This document shows positions 1 to 9,631 of a stretch of 64,000 nucleotides of DNA, piece by piece (the stretch's first letter is position 1; every line of letters begins with the position of its first letter). The translations under genes and the position numbers were made by a program. This DNA is from Actinomycetota bacterium (lineage in GTDB: Bacteria; Actinomycetota; Actinomycetes; S36-B12; GCA-2699445), in the NCBI GenBank assembly GCA_029978705.1, contig JAPOIY010000011.1, forward strand, positions 2,865 to 66,864, written 5' to 3'. The notes under the pieces were generated by a model that was not told where the DNA came from, made no database searches, and worked only from the letters and a program-made list of their open reading frames with translations.

Positions 1-459
1 GTCGGGAACCCGAAGGAGTACTCGCTCGAGGAGTTGCAGGCGCTCGGGAAGCAGGAGCAGATCACCCAGCACTTCTGCATCCAGGGGTGGTCCGGCGTCG
101 CCAAGTGGGGCGGGGTCCCGTTGCGGCTGTTGTGCGACGAGGTCCAGCCGAACGCCGCCGCCCAGTGGGTCGTGTTCTACTCGTTCTCCGACGGCCCCGA
201 GGGCGGCCGCTACTACGACTGCCATCCGATCGCGAACATGTACCACGACCTCACGATCCTGGCGTACGAGATGAACGGGGAACCGTTGAGCGAGACCCAC
301 GGCGCTCCGTTGCGCCTGCGTGACGAGGTGGAACTGGGGTTCAAACAGGTCAAGTGGGTCGAGGCGATCGAGTTCGTCGAGAGTTTCGAACACCTCGGGG
401 CCGGCCAGGGCGGCTACAACGAGGATCAGGAGTTCTACGGCTACCGGATGCCCATCTGA
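1..459 (+). CDS. Molybdopterin-dependent oxidoreductase (sulfite-oxidase/MsrP-like), C-terminal part; the 5' end lies outside the window
   Basis: Frame 1 is open from nt 1. The translation (..YSLEELQALGKQEQITQHFCIQGWS..WGGVPL..HGAPLRLR..GFKQVKWV) looks like the Mo-cofactor catalytic fold. Stop at 457-459. Confidence 0.7.
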   Translation, partial: VGNPKEYSLEELQALGKQEQITQHFCIQGWSGVAKWGGVPLRLLCDEVQPNAAAQWVVFYSFSDGPEGGRYYDCHPIANMYHDLTILAYEMNGEPLSETHGAPLRLRDEVELGFKQVKWVEAIEFVESFEHLGAGQGGYNEDQEFYGYRMPI

Positions 460-462
460 GCC

Positions 463-780
463 TCAGCGCAACAGGAACAGCACCTCCAGGGCGAGCAGGG
501 CGTCGCGGTGGTCCCCCCGGCCCATGGCGACCGGACGCTCCTCACCGGCCCGGTGGACCGACCAGTCCCCCCCGTCGCAGAAGACAGTCACCAAAGCCGG
601 CTCGTCCGGCAGCATCAGCGTCCCCCGCGCCGCCACACCTTCGGTCGGCGGAGACATCTCGACCCGGGCGTGGGGGGAGACGGACTGCGCGAGGTTCTGC
701 AGGTAGTCGCGGTAGGCGTGGCAGCAGCCCCCGGCCGCCGACGGGGTCGGGACGGCTCTGACGATCGTGGTAACGCTCAC
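463..780 (-). CDS. Hypothetical small protein (about 105 aa)
   Basis: GTG at 780-778 is preceded by GAAGGAGG (revcomp of 783-790). GC-rich third positions. No family recognised. Confidence 0.45.
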   Translation of the reverse strand: MSVTTIVRAVPTPSAAGGCCHAYRDYLQNLAQSVSPHARVEMSPPTEGVAARGTLMLPDEPALVTVFCDGGDWSVHRAGEERPVAMGRGDHRDALLALEVLFLLR

Positions 781-879
781 GGCAACCTCCTTCACAGGGA
801 CACCCGCGGTGGTACCCGCGGGCGGGCGCACCAACCCCGACGGTGCCGTGGCGAGGATCATCCGTGGCGGTCGTTGACT

Positions 880-2316
880 TCAGGACTGGGCGCCCCACCA
901 GCGCAGCAACTCCTGCTCCGCAGCTGCCCGGCTCAGCGGGCCCTGCTCCAGTCGCACCTCCAGGAGGTACTGGTAGGCCCGTCCGACATCACGTCCCGGA
1001 GGGATGTCCAGCAGCGCCATGATCTCGTTGCCGTCCAGGTCGGGCCGGATGGCCGCCAATTCCTCCTCGGCGGCCAGGCGGTCGATCCTGTCCTCCAACG
1101 AGTCGTACGCCCGCTGCAGGGCACGAGCCCGTCGCTGGTTACGCGTCGTGCAATCGGCGCGGGTGAGCCGGTGCAACCGCGGCAGCAGAGGGCCGGCGTC
1201 ACGTACGTAACGGCGGACCGCCGCATCGGTCCACTCCCCGGTCCCGTAGCCGTGGAACCGCAGGTGCAGTTCCACCAGCCGCGCGACGTCCTCGACCTCG
1301 GCCTTGCTGAAGTGCAGCGCCTTCATCCGCTTGGCCGTCATCCGGGCTCCCACCACCTCGTGGTGGTGGAAGGACACACCGCCGCCCTTCTCGTAGCGGC
1401 GGGTGCGGGGTTTGCCCACGTCGTGCAGCAGGGCCGCCAGGCGCAGCAGGAGGTCGGGGCCGTCATCCTCCAGCGCGATCGCCTGCTCCAGGACTGTGAG
1501 GCTGTGCTCGTACACGTCCTTGTGGCGATGGTGCTCGTCGATCTCCAACCGCAGCGCCGGCAACTCGGGGAGCACCAGATCGGCCAGCCCGGAGTCGACC
1601 AGCACGGCGAGGCCCTGGCGGGGGTAGGGAGCCATCACGAGGCGGACCAGCTCGTCCCGGACCCGTTCCGGGGAGACGATCGCCAGCCGATCGGCCAGGG
1701 TGCACATGGCGGCGTACGTCTGAGGCTCGATGCTGGCGTCCAACTGCGCGACGAACCGGGCGGCCCGCATCATCCGCAGCGGATCCTCGGTGAAGGACAC
1801 CTCGGGGGGGCCCGGGGTCCGCAGTCGGCGCGCTGCCAGGTCGACGAGGCCCCGGTGCTCGTCCACGAACTCGGCGGACGGCAACCGGACGGCCATGGCG
1901 TTGATGGTGAAGTCGCGGCGCACCAGATCGTCGGACAGACTCGTGCCGAACGTGACCTCCGGCTTGCGGGTCAGACCGTCGTAGCTGTCGGCACGATAGG
2001 TGGTGACCTCCCATGAGCGGCCGGCCCGGCGGGCCCCGACGGTGCCCCACTCGATGCCGATGTCCCACACGGAGTCGGCCCACTCGGCCAGCAGTTGCCG
2101 CGTCACCGCCGGCGGGGCATCGGTGGTGAGGTCCAAGTCGAGGTCGGCACGATCGAGGGTGTTGAGCACCGCGTCCCGCACACACCCCCCGACGGCGGCC
2201 AGTTCGAAGCCCGCTTCCGCGAACCGCCGACCAAGACCCCTCGCATCCGGAACGGCGGCCAAGAGGGTGTGCACCGCCCGCTGCTGCACCTCGAGCAGGG
2301 GCGCGGGCAGGGTCAT
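880..2316 (-). CDS. cca: CCA-adding tRNA nucleotidyltransferase with HD domain (PcnA/Cca type)
   Basis: N-terminal GGCVRD nucleotidyltransferase motif, RRDFTINA, LHDVGKP HD motif. Start taken at the internal ATG (MTLPAPLLEV). Same position as Rv3907c. Confidence 0.85.
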   Translation of the reverse strand: MTLPAPLLEVQQRAVHTLLAAVPDARGLGRRFAEAGFELAAVGGCVRDAVLNTLDRADLDLDLTTDAPPAVTRQLLAEWADSVWDIGIEWGTVGARRAGRSWEVTTYRADSYDGLTRKPEVTFGTSLSDDLVRRDFTINAMAVRLPSAEFVDEHRGLVDLAARRLRTPGPPEVSFTEDPLRMMRAARFVAQLDASIEPQTYAAMCTLADRLAIVSPERVRDELVRLVMAPYPRQGLAVLVDSGLADLVLPELPALRLEIDEHHRHKDVYEHSLTVLEQAIALEDDGPDLLLRLAALLHDVGKPRTRRYEKGGGVSFHHHEVVGARMTAKRMKALHFSKAEVEDVARLVELHLRFHGYGTGEWTDAAVRRYVRDAGPLLPRLHRLTRADCTTRNQRRARALQRAYDSLEDRIDRLAAEEELAAIRPDLDGNEIMALLDIPPGRDVGRAYQYLLEVRLEQGPLSRAAAEQELLRWWGAQS

Positions 2317-2320
2317 CCGG

Positions 2321-3283
2321 TCACGGTACCGGGCCGGATTCACCCGCGGTGGCCCCGGTGGGAGCGGACGCGAAGAGGGAGGGGTCCAGGTTGATGACAC
2401 GCACCAGCCCCAGCGCGCGCAGCACCCGCGCATCCCGCTCGGTCAGCATGTACTCACGCCGGTACAACCGCCGCAGTCGGCGTCTCCGGCGCCGGCCGCG
2501 GCCCCGGTCGGCACGTTCGAACCGGACCGTCTGTTTGCGCCGCGCCGGCGCCAACCGTCCCCCGTAGCCCTCCCGGTTCTCCCACTTGGCCAACCAGTCC
2601 CGGAAGCCCCCCGCATCGAAGTGCAGCACGCGCAGACTGGGCGCCGCGGCGGAGCGGACCGCACCCTGGGACGGGGGCGGTCCGTGCACCCGCATGGTCC
2701 GCACCGCGCCAACGCGCACGATCGCCTTGCCTCTGCGGTGCCCACGCAGATAGACCTTGCCGCGGAACGGCCGGCGCACCCCGAGTCGCCGGGCAGTGGC
2801 GTACCTGCGCGGCAGGTGCTCCTTGAACAGGTGCACCTCGCGGAACGGGTCCGTCATGCCGGGCCGAGGCGGGACCGCCTCGAGGGGCGGCAGTTGGAGA
2901 TGGTCGATGGCAGGACCCAGTTCCCGTTCCAGGGCGCCCCGGACACCGCCAGGGGCCCAGATCAGCTCGTCGGTGTCGATGTGCGCCAACCAGTCCGCAG
3001 TCAGACCGGCGTCCCGCAGCAGGTAGGCGAGCACGGCGGCTTGCTTGTCGGGCACGAGCCGGGCGGGCTCGGTCGAGCCGGGAAACGGGTGCTGTCGCCA
3101 GAAATCGTCGTCGCAGCGGTAGCACGTGACACCGGGCTGGCGCTCCAGAATGGCGGCGGCCGGGTCGGTCGGGTCGTCGAAGAAGAGGTACATGTGGTCG
3201 ATGCCGGAGTTGCGGTGGTAGGCGACCCACTCCTGCAGGCGGGCCAGCGGTGCCCGAACCAGGGACGCGGTCACCACCTTCAT
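2321..3283 (-). CDS. Glycosyltransferase-like protein (GT2/GT92-like fold) with an arginine-rich C-terminal region
   Basis: MKVVTASLVR.. start, HIDTDEL (DxD-like) motif, RGRGRRRRRRLRRLYRR tract. Ends 4 nt before the cca start, so probably co-transcribed. Confidence 0.6.
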   Translation of the reverse strand: MKVVTASLVRAPLARLQEWVAYHRNSGIDHMYLFFDDPTDPAAAILERQPGVTCYRCDDDFWRQHPFPGSTEPARLVPDKQAAVLAYLLRDAGLTADWLAHIDTDELIWAPGGVRGALERELGPAIDHLQLPPLEAVPPRPGMTDPFREVHLFKEHLPRRYATARRLGVRRPFRGKVYLRGHRRGKAIVRVGAVRTMRVHGPPPSQGAVRSAAAPSLRVLHFDAGGFRDWLAKWENREGYGGRLAPARRKQTVRFERADRGRGRRRRRRLRRLYRREYMLTERDARVLRALGLVRVINLDPSLFASAPTGATAGESGPVP

Positions 3284-3387
3284 GCCGCCATTGTTCCCCG
3301 TCCCCGGGGGCTGACACACCCGGGATCCCGTCGCGCTGCCCCTCCTCCGGAGGGCGCGTACGCGCGGCGAGTGGTTATCGTGGTGCC

Positions 3388-3882
3388 ATGTCGGAGCGCT
3401 CGCGCCCCGCCGGGCCACCCCGCCCCAGACACCGGCTCAATCGCCGGGTCCGCACGGTCGTGGAGGTGAGCGCCGGCGGTCTCGTCGTCGACCGGCTCCC
3501 GTCGGCGACCGACGGTCTGTTGATCTCCCGTTATGACCGCCGGGGCCGCCTGATCTGGTCCTTTCCCAAAGGGCACCTGGAGGCCGGCGAGACGTCCGAG
3601 CAGGCCGCCATCCGCGAAGTCGGGGAGGAGACGGGCATCCGGGCCCGGGTGGTGGAACCCCTCGGAGAGATCGACTTCTGGTTCATGGCCGACGGAAGGC
3701 GCATCCACAAGACAGTTCATCATTTCCTCATGGTCTGCGAGGGTGGGGACCTGTGCGCAGACGATCCGGAGGTGGAGTCGGTCGAATGGGTGCCACTGTC
3801 CGGGGTCGCGGGCCGCTTGGCCTACTCCGACGAACGCGCCCTGCTCCGCAAAGCGCTCGCCAGCCTGTCGGATCCATCTTGA
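3388..3882 (+). CDS. NUDIX hydrolase (MutT4-like by position)
   Basis: Nudix box GHLEAGETSEQAAIREVGEETGI. ATG at 3388. Its stop TGA overlaps the next gene's ATG by 1 nt. Confidence 0.85.
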   Translation: MSERSRPAGPPRPRHRLNRRVRTVVEVSAGGLVVDRLPSATDGLLISRYDRRGRLIWSFPKGHLEAGETSEQAAIREVGEETGIRARVVEPLGEIDFWFMADGRRIHKTVHHFLMVCEGGDLCADDPEVESVEWVPLSGVAGRLAYSDERALLRKALASLSDPS

Positions 3883-5918
3883 TGCTGCGAGCGGCGGTCG
3901 CCGTGGCGGTCGCCCTCCTGCCCCTCGCGGCTGCCCCGGCCGCCGCCGAAGAGGCGCCCGTCGGAGTGCTGATCGAGTCCGTGTCCCCGGCGATCCCGAC
4001 GGCCAAGGACACACTGACCCTCACCGGCCGCATCGCCAACACCGGGACTGCGGACATCATCCTGCCGCGCGTACAGCTGCGGCTGTTCCCCACCCAACTG
4101 TCCTCGCGGGAGGAGGTGAGCGCGGTCCTGGCGGGCGTGGACGGCCTCGTCGGCGAACCGGTCCCTGACACCGTGGTCGAGCTGGGGGACGCCCTGGCAC
4201 CGGGTCAGCAGGCGGAGTTCACGCTGCGCGTACCCGTCGCCGACCTGCCGCTGCCGACGGACCTGGCCGGCGTCTACGCCCTCCACGTGGAGGCGCTCGC
4301 AGGGGACCTGAGCATCGGCCAGGCCGGCACGACGTTCCCGTGGTTTCCTCCCGACGCCCAGATCCGGCCGTCCCGCGTGGCGTGGCTGTGGCCGATCACC
4401 CAGCGGCCCGCCGTCGCCGGCGACGACCTCGTGCTGGATCCCGCCCTCCCCGGGGAATTCACCGCGGGGGGCCGGCTGGGGCGGCTCGTGGCGACGGGGC
4501 GCCGGTACGACGTGTCGTGGCTCATCGACACCTCCACGTGGCAGACCGCTCGCTCCTTGGCCGACGGGTACCGCCTCCCGACCGGCGACGGGGAGCGCCC
4601 GGGGGACCAGACCGACGCCGCCCGCCAGTTCGCCACGGCGGTCGAGCAGATCCTCGGGTCGGGTCCCACGAGTACGACCCAGTTCGCCCATGCCGATGCC
4701 GACGCGCTGCAAAGGGAGGGGCTGGGTCGTTTCGTGACACGGTCCACCGCGTTGCCCCGGCTCCTCACCGATCAGGTCGCCGCCGATCCCCTCGAGGTGT
4801 TCGATGCCCCCAGCGGGAGCAGTGACACGACCACCTTGGCCACCGTCGTGGACAGTGGGGTACGTGACCTGCTGCTGGCCGACCGGGTCTTTCCCCCCGA
4901 TCCGCCGCTGCCGTACACCGCCTCCGGAGTGACGCCGGTGACGGTCGGGAGCACGCGGGCGACGGGGCTCCTGACGGACCAGGAGCTGTCCCGCGTGCTG
5001 CAGCGTCCCCTCACGACGGCCGCCGACCGCTCCCGTGCCAAGCAGGAGTTCCTGTCCCAGACGGCCCTCATCACCCTGGAACTGCCGATGGAGCCGCGCT
5101 CCATCGTGGTGGCGCCACCGTCTCTGTGGGATCCTCCCCCGGCCTGGCTCGACCGGCTGATGCATGCCGTCTCCCGGGCCCCGTGGCTCCGGCTGACACC
5201 GTTGGCAGCGGTCACCCGGGCGACTGCGGCGCCCCGCCTCGACACCGGGTACAGCGAACTCGCCCGCCGCCGGGAACTTCCCCGCGACTATGTGCGCCGT
5301 ATCGGGGAACTCGACGACGAGTTGAACCGTTTGGCCACGATCGTCGTCGATCCCGCCGGCTACGGGGAGACCTACTCGCTGGCGCTGCTCCGTGCGACTT
5401 CCGCCCTGTGGCGCAACGACCCGGCCGCGCGCGAGGCCTTCCTTACGGCGGTCGCCGCGCAGATCGAGGAGCAACGGCACAAGGTGCGGGTCGTGTCCAG
5501 CGGCACCGTGACCCTGGCCGGCGACACCGGCTCCGTACCGCTGACCATCGCCAACGACCTGGACCGTCCTGTGACCGTCGGCGTTGAACTGGCGACGGAC
5601 AACCCCGTGATGCTGGAGTACACCCCCCACGAACCCCTGCGGATCGACGCCCAGGAGAAGGCGGGCATCGAGATCCCGGTCCGAGTGGTCGGCAGTCAGC
5701 CCGTCCCGGTAGCCGTCGTCCTGACCGACAGTGAGGGCCGCGTCTACGACCGCTCCGCCCAGATCGAACTGCGCTCCACCGCCAGCAGCCGGGTGGCCAC
5801 CGCGGTCGCAGTTGTGGGCGGGGTGGCCCTGGTCATCCTCGTGGCACTCAATCTGATCCGCCGGCGGCACCGCAGCCAGCACGAAGCGCCCCCCGCCGAG
5901 GACCACGCGCATGTCTGA
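3882..5918 (+). CDS. Conserved secreted/membrane-anchored protein (Rv3909-like, DUF6049-type)
   Basis: Signal peptide MLRAAVAVAVALLPLAAAPAAA and a C-terminal TM helix followed by RRRHRS. Sits between NUDIX and murJ as in mycobacteria. ATGTCTGA overlap with murJ. Confidence 0.7.
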   Translation: MLRAAVAVAVALLPLAAAPAAAEEAPVGVLIESVSPAIPTAKDTLTLTGRIANTGTADIILPRVQLRLFPTQLSSREEVSAVLAGVDGLVGEPVPDTVVELGDALAPGQQAEFTLRVPVADLPLPTDLAGVYALHVEALAGDLSIGQAGTTFPWFPPDAQIRPSRVAWLWPITQRPAVAGDDLVLDPALPGEFTAGGRLGRLVATGRRYDVSWLIDTSTWQTARSLADGYRLPTGDGERPGDQTDAARQFATAVEQILGSGPTSTTQFAHADADALQREGLGRFVTRSTALPRLLTDQVAADPLEVFDAPSGSSDTTTLATVVDSGVRDLLLADRVFPPDPPLPYTASGVTPVTVGSTRATGLLTDQELSRVLQRPLTTAADRSRAKQEFLSQTALITLELPMEPRSIVVAPPSLWDPPPAWLDRLMHAVSRAPWLRLTPLAAVTRATAAPRLDTGYSELARRRELPRDYVRRIGELDDELNRLATIVVDPAGYGETYSLALLRATSALWRNDPAAREAFLTAVAAQIEEQRHKVRVVSSGTVTLAGDTGSVPLTIANDLDRPVTVGVELATDNPVMLEYTPHEPLRIDAQEKAGIEIPVRVVGSQPVPVAVVLTDSEGRVYDRSAQIELRSTASSRVATAVAVVGGVALVILVALNLIRRRHRSQHEAPPAEDHAHV

Positions 5919-7644
5919 CTTCGACTCCCGTCGCCCCCCCACCGACGACCCGCAGCCCGCTGACCGCTACGACGAGGCCGAAGCGGATCTCGCGGTACGG
6001 GCACCCGCCGGTCTCCTGCGCAACAGCGCCGTGATGGCCACCGGCTCGATGGTCTCCCGCATCACCGGGGTGCTGCGCAACGTGGCCCTCACCGCGGCCC
6101 TCGGCCTCACGATCACCGGCGACGCCTTCGCGCTGGGTAACTCGTTGCCGGACATCGTCTACGTCCTGATCATCGGGGGGGCCCTCAACGCGATCTTCGT
6201 CCCGCAGCTCGTCCGCCGGATGGCAGACGACGGGGATGGCGGAAAGGCCTACACGGACTCGCTCATCTCGGTGACGTCCGTGGTCCTGGTGCTGGTCACC
6301 GTCGGCGCGGTCCTGCTCGCCCCGCTCATCGTGGGGCTGTACGCGACCGACGAGTACTCCGCGGAGCAGTTCGATCTCGCGGTGGCCTTCGCCCGCTACT
6401 GCCTTCCGCAGATCTTCTTCTTCGGCCTGTACACGATCATCAGCCAGGTGCTGAACGCCCGTGGGCGTTTCGGCATGCCGATGTTCGCGCCCATCTTCAA
6501 CAACCTCGTGGCCATCGCTACCTACGTCGGCTTCGTCGTGATCTTCGGAACAGCCCTCGCCGACGGAAACCTGAGTGGCGCGGAAACCGCGTGGCTCGGG
6601 ATCGGCACCACCCTCGGGATCGCCGCCCAAGCCCTCATCCTCATCCCCGTCATGCGCCGTTCGGGCTACCGGTTCTCGTTCAGCCGCAGCTGGCGTGGCG
6701 TGGGTCTGGGCAAGGCCGGTCGGCTGGCCGGGTGGACGATCGGCCTGGTGGGCGTGACCCAGGCGGCCTTCGTGGTGATCTCCCGTCTGGCGACGCAGGC
6801 CAACGTCAACGCGGCCGCCGCCGGAACACCCGCCGCGGGCCTCTTCACCTACACCAACGCCTACCTCGTCTTCATGATCCCGCACGGCATCGTGACGGTC
6901 TCGATCGTGACCGCCCAACTGCCCGGTCTGTCGCGGCTCGTGCATGAAGGGAAGCGGCGCGTCGCGGGAACCGAGATCGGGCACACGATGCGGCTCGTCG
7001 CAGTTGTGATCACCCCCATCGCCGCTGCCATCCTGCTCGGGGCCCAGCCGCTCGCAGCGCTGCTGTTCAACTACGGTGCCGCGAGCGCCGCCCAAGCCCA
7101 GAACCTGGCCTTCGTCATCCAGATCTTCATGCTGGGGCTGCTGCCGTTCACGCTGTACTACGTGCTGCAGCGCGGCTGGTACGCGGACGAGGACACCCGC
7201 ACCCCGTTCCTCTTCGCCGTCGTCATGAACGGTGTGCTCGTGGTGCTCGCACTCCTGCTGTTCTCCCGTGCCGGGCCGGGTGCACCCCAGGTGGAGGCCC
7301 TCGCGAAGGCCTACTCCCTCGCCGCCCTGGTGACGTTTGTGACGGCGTGGCCCACGCTGCGCAGGTCGTACGGATATCTCGGCTCCGGCCTGACCGCTTG
7401 GACCCTCGCGCGCGTCGTGGCCGCAGTCATGGTGGCGATGCTCGTCACCTCCGCACTCCCGTCCTTCAACACGTTCCAGAGCGGCTCCGGAAAAGCAGCC
7501 GCGCTGGCCGACCTCATCTCCGCCTCCGTGGGCGTGGCGGTGATCTACGTACTGCTCACCTGGCTCTTGCGGGTCACCGAGGTCTCGGAACTGCTCGGGT
7601 GGGCCAGTGGTGCGGCCCGACGCCTCGTGCGCCGCGGCGGGTGA
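5911..7644 (+). CDS. murJ: Lipid II flippase MurJ (MviN), flippase domain only
   Basis: Polytopic membrane protein with an N-terminus typical of MurJ (LLRNSAVMATGSMVSRITGVLRNVAL..GDAFALGNSLPDIVY). Synteny with Rv3910. Confidence 0.9.
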   Translation: MSDFDSRRPPTDDPQPADRYDEAEADLAVRAPAGLLRNSAVMATGSMVSRITGVLRNVALTAALGLTITGDAFALGNSLPDIVYVLIIGGALNAIFVPQLVRRMADDGDGGKAYTDSLISVTSVVLVLVTVGAVLLAPLIVGLYATDEYSAEQFDLAVAFARYCLPQIFFFGLYTIISQVLNARGRFGMPMFAPIFNNLVAIATYVGFVVIFGTALADGNLSGAETAWLGIGTTLGIAAQALILIPVMRRSGYRFSFSRSWRGVGLGKAGRLAGWTIGLVGVTQAAFVVISRLATQANVNAAAAGTPAAGLFTYTNAYLVFMIPHGIVTVSIVTAQLPGLSRLVHEGKRRVAGTEIGHTMRLVAVVITPIAAAILLGAQPLAALLFNYGAASAAQAQNLAFVIQIFMLGLLPFTLYYVLQRGWYADEDTRTPFLFAVVMNGVLVVLALLLFSRAGPGAPQVEALAKAYSLAALVTFVTAWPTLRRSYGYLGSGLTAWTLARVVAAVMVAMLVTSALPSFNTFQSGSGKAAALADLISASVGVAVIYVLLTWLLRVTEVSELLGWASGAARRLVRRGG

Positions 7645-7685
7645 GACCGCTCAAGGTCAAGGCGACACCGGCCGACAGTCCAGAC

Positions 7686-8087
7686 ATGGCACGACCTTCC
7701 CTGCGGGCAGATGACGGCGGGATCGTCGTGGGCTGGTTGCTCAAGATCACCCTGGTGCTGCTGCTCATCGGGGTCGTCGCCTACGACGTCGTGTCGGTCT
7801 CCTACTCGCGGGTGTCCGCGTCCGACGATGCCCGTTACATCGCGCTGGGGGCCTCCGAGGCGATGGTCCTGCAGCGCGCCGACGAGGCGGAAGCCGTCTC
7901 CATGGCACGGGAGCGCGCGGACACCCGGGGGGTGGTCCTGCGCGACAAGGACATCCGCATCGCCGACGACGGGGCAGTCACGGTGCGCGTCTCCCGTACC
8001 GCCGACACGCTCGTGGCCTACCACCTCAGCGCCCTCGACCAGTTCACCCGCGTCGACGAGACCTACACCACCTCGGCCCTCCGGTGA
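7686..8087 (+). CDS. Hypothetical single-pass membrane protein
   Basis: ATG at 7686, one N-terminal TM helix (VVGWLLKITLVLLLIGVVAY). Lies between murJ and the pseudokinase gene. Confidence 0.5.
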   Translation: MARPSLRADDGGIVVGWLLKITLVLLLIGVVAYDVVSVSYSRVSASDDARYIALGASEAMVLQRADEAEAVSMARERADTRGVVLRDKDIRIADDGAVTVRVSRTADTLVAYHLSALDQFTRVDETYTTSALR

Positions 8088-8147
8088 GCCGCGGCGCCTC
8101 CTCGCGGGGAACGCCGATCGCCCCCCTGGTGCCGTAACCTCGGACTC

Positions 8148-9581
8148 GTGGCAGTGCGCACCGACACCGGACTCTCCGGGCTTCCGATCGGACGGTACGT
8201 GCTCGAGGACCTCGTGGCCGAGCACGGCGGCACCGCCCTGTGGCGTGCCATCGACCCGGCCCTCCAGCGGCCCGTGGGAGCCCGGCTCATCCCGCTCGAC
8301 GATCCCCGGATCGACGACCTGCGCAGCGCTGCCCAGCGCGCCGCCCGGGTACACGACCGGCGCGTCGTGCGTGTCCTGGACGTCGTGGAGGAGGACGGCT
8401 ACCTCGCCGTCATCTCCGAGTGGGTGACCGGACAGCCCTGGTCGGACCTCCTGACCGACCGGTGGAGTCCCGCGGAGGCCACCCTGGTCGCACTCGAGGT
8501 CGGGCGGGCCCTGGAGTCCGCCCACCAGGCCGGCGCCTACCACGGCCGGCTGCGGCCAGACTCCGTCATGATCACCGACTCGCGTGAGGTGCGGCTGCGA
8601 GGTCTGGGGGTGCAGGCCGCGCTGTGGGGCATCGACCCGCCCAACGACCCCGTCGCCGCCGACGTGCACGGCCTCGGTGCGCTGCTCTACGCCGGGCTGA
8701 CCGGGCGGTGGCCCGGCCCCGGAGCCGGCCCGACCGACGGCCTGCCGGCTGCGGTCACGGCGGGCGGCCGGACCGCGCTTCCCGGCACGGTGGTTCCCGA
8801 CATCCCCGGTGCGCTTGACGACATCGTCGCCCGTAGCGTCCAGACGGCCGCGGCACCGCCCGACGACCCCCGCTACACCGATGTCACGCAGTGCGTGGAC
8901 GCACTCGATCGGGCGCATCACGAGATGGCGGCCGGCGACCGCGGGACCGGGTACGCCGAAGGGACCGACTCCGCCACCGACCGCCTGGTGGGCCGACTGG
9001 GCACCGTGACCATCATCGGTCTCGCGGTGGCGGGCATCCTGCTGCTGGGGTGGCAGTTGCTCGCGAACCGGTTCACCCAGTCGGATCTCTCCGACCCGGC
9101 GCCTCTGGTAAACACCCTGCCACCGGTGGACACCCCGCTGCCGGAAGCGCCCTTCTCCATCGTCAAGGCCTTCGACTTCGATCCCTACGGGGACGGCGCC
9201 GAAGGCAGCGACACTGCGGCTCAAGCAGTCGACCACAACCGGGACACCGCCTGGTACACCGAGACGTACGCCAGCGCGGACCTCAACGGGAAGGGAGGGG
9301 TCGGGCTCGTGGCGGACCTCGGAGCGGTGCGCCCCGTACGCGCCATCGACCTCAAACTCGTGGGCTACGGCAACGACTTCGAGATCCTGACCGCGAAGGA
9401 CCGGCCCAAGTCGATGAAGGACTTCCGCAAGGTCGTCGAGGTGACCGCGGCCGGTGACGCGATCATGGTGCGCACCCCCAAGGCCCGCAACGCCCGCTTC
9501 GTGATGGTGTGGCTCAAGCAGGTGCCCTTCAACGGGGCCGCATACGTGGGGGGCATCCGGGAGATGAAGGTCGTCGGCTGA
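8148..9581 (+). CDS. Pseudokinase with TM helix and a C-terminal extracellular beta-sandwich (F5/8-type-C-like) domain; equivalent to the C-terminal half of mycobacterial MviN
   Basis: Kinase-like fold with degenerate catalytic motifs (VGARLI instead of VAxK, HGRLRPDSV instead of HRDxKPxN, no DFG). TM helix VTIIGLAVAGILLLGW. C-terminal segment NRDTAWYTETY..IDLKLVGYGNDFEIL. Confidence 0.75.
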   Translation: MAVRTDTGLSGLPIGRYVLEDLVAEHGGTALWRAIDPALQRPVGARLIPLDDPRIDDLRSAAQRAARVHDRRVVRVLDVVEEDGYLAVISEWVTGQPWSDLLTDRWSPAEATLVALEVGRALESAHQAGAYHGRLRPDSVMITDSREVRLRGLGVQAALWGIDPPNDPVAADVHGLGALLYAGLTGRWPGPGAGPTDGLPAAVTAGGRTALPGTVVPDIPGALDDIVARSVQTAAAPPDDPRYTDVTQCVDALDRAHHEMAAGDRGTGYAEGTDSATDRLVGRLGTVTIIGLAVAGILLLGWQLLANRFTQSDLSDPAPLVNTLPPVDTPLPEAPFSIVKAFDFDPYGDGAEGSDTAAQAVDHNRDTAWYTETYASADLNGKGGVGLVADLGAVRPVRAIDLKLVGYGNDFEILTAKDRPKSMKDFRKVVEVTAAGDAIMVRTPKARNARFVMVWLKQVPFNGAAYVGGIREMKVVG

Positions 9582-9631
9582 CCCCGCACGCTGGCCGGAG
9601 CGCGGTGCGGCGGAGGGTAGATTCACTCCTT

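Noticed and set aside
508-2016. A 502-aa plus-strand ORF antisense to cca. Similar long ORFs are 3822-5942(-), 7545-9638(-), 10357-12072(-), 13535-15106(-), 15967-18039(+), 23930-25507(-), 29753-31855(-), 32343-33596(-) and 35031-37079(-).
   Set aside because: Each lies opposite a gene with unmistakable conserved motifs (cca, murJ, trxB, dnaA, gyrB and others). Their translations are Arg/Gly/Pro/His-rich with no motifs. Stop-poor antisense frames are the expected artefact of roughly 70% GC DNA.
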